From positions 664,144,001 to 664,208,000 of the forward strand of contig NW_027362764.1 in NCBI RefSeq assembly GCF_046119375.1: a DNA stretch of 64,000 nt, in the 5' to 3' direction. The position numbers were made by a program, and so were the translations under genes. The notes beneath the pieces are model-generated. The model did not search any database. It saw nothing but the letters and a program-made list of their open reading frames with translations, and had not been told where the DNA came from. This document shows, piece by piece, positions 63,534-64,000 of this stretch. This DNA is from Phyllobates terribilis. Taxonomy: Eukaryota. Numbering within the stretch: position 1 is the stretch's first letter; each line of letters starts with the position of its first letter.

Positions 63534-63772
63534 CAGGATGGTGGCTCAGTGATCAGCACTGTAGACTTAGGTTCTACTCCCACCAAGAACAACTCTGCAA
63601 GGAATTCTATGTTCTCCTTGTATTTTCTTTGTTTCTGTGGCTTCCTTCCATACTTCAAAGACATACTGATAAGGAATATACATTGTGAGCAACAATGGGT
63701 ACAGTGATAAAGAAGATGTTTGTAAAGCACTATGGTACCTAAAGACACTAAATGTGGGTAAAATAAATAAAT
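63534..63772 (+). mobile_element. Older, degenerate V-SINE-like element
   Basis: GTGGCTCAGTG head, TATGTTCTCC V-domain remnant and AAATAAATAA tail. Confidence 0.7.
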
Positions 63773-64000
63773 AGCCACTGACCATAATCCTGCCTTAATA
63801 GAACAGAGCTAAAACCAGCTGTGTACAATATTCAAGGAAAAAATGGGACCTAAACATAAGGTACTTCAAGTTTTACATACAGACGTTTAATGGTTTAGGT
63901 GTGGATCCCATTACTGTAAGTATTAGGACCTATGGATACAAGCCCTACCTATATGAGGTAATACATCTTCAGATCTAGCACTTGTCACATATTCAGGGTC

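Overview
This is repeat-dense vertebrate genomic DNA, inferred to be frog (anuran) from its repeat families and an amphibian-type 18S fragment. I found no supported host protein-coding gene. Most of the window is nested transposable elements. LTR elements: two chromodomain-bearing Tf1/sushi-type Gypsy elements (2795-8231, very young; 31641-36614, decayed), one internally deleted tRNA-Ser-primed Gypsy (51410-58417) with seven related solo LTRs (4-bp TSDs), and a BEL/Pao remnant. Other retroelements: a fragmented Penelope-like element, an L1 RT fragment and V-SINE-like copies. DNA transposons: four Tc1/mariner elements (one with an intact DD34E ORF, one palindromic DD37E derivative), hAT elements (an intact 1226-aa BED-finger transposase and a 6-kb nested-palindrome non-autonomous partner with a perfect 8-bp TSD), and several MITEs. 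The most notable observations are: (1) a second, PBS-like tRNA-Ser motif inside U5 of the solo-LTR family that switches isoacceptor between subfamilies; (2) self-priming signatures in both chromoviruses; (3) an 18S rRNA fragment inside a hAT end region; (4) minimal hammerhead-like cores; (5) palindromic transposon derivatives. Coordinates and alignments were read by eye, and tRNA/rRNA comparisons are from memory and need database confirmation.
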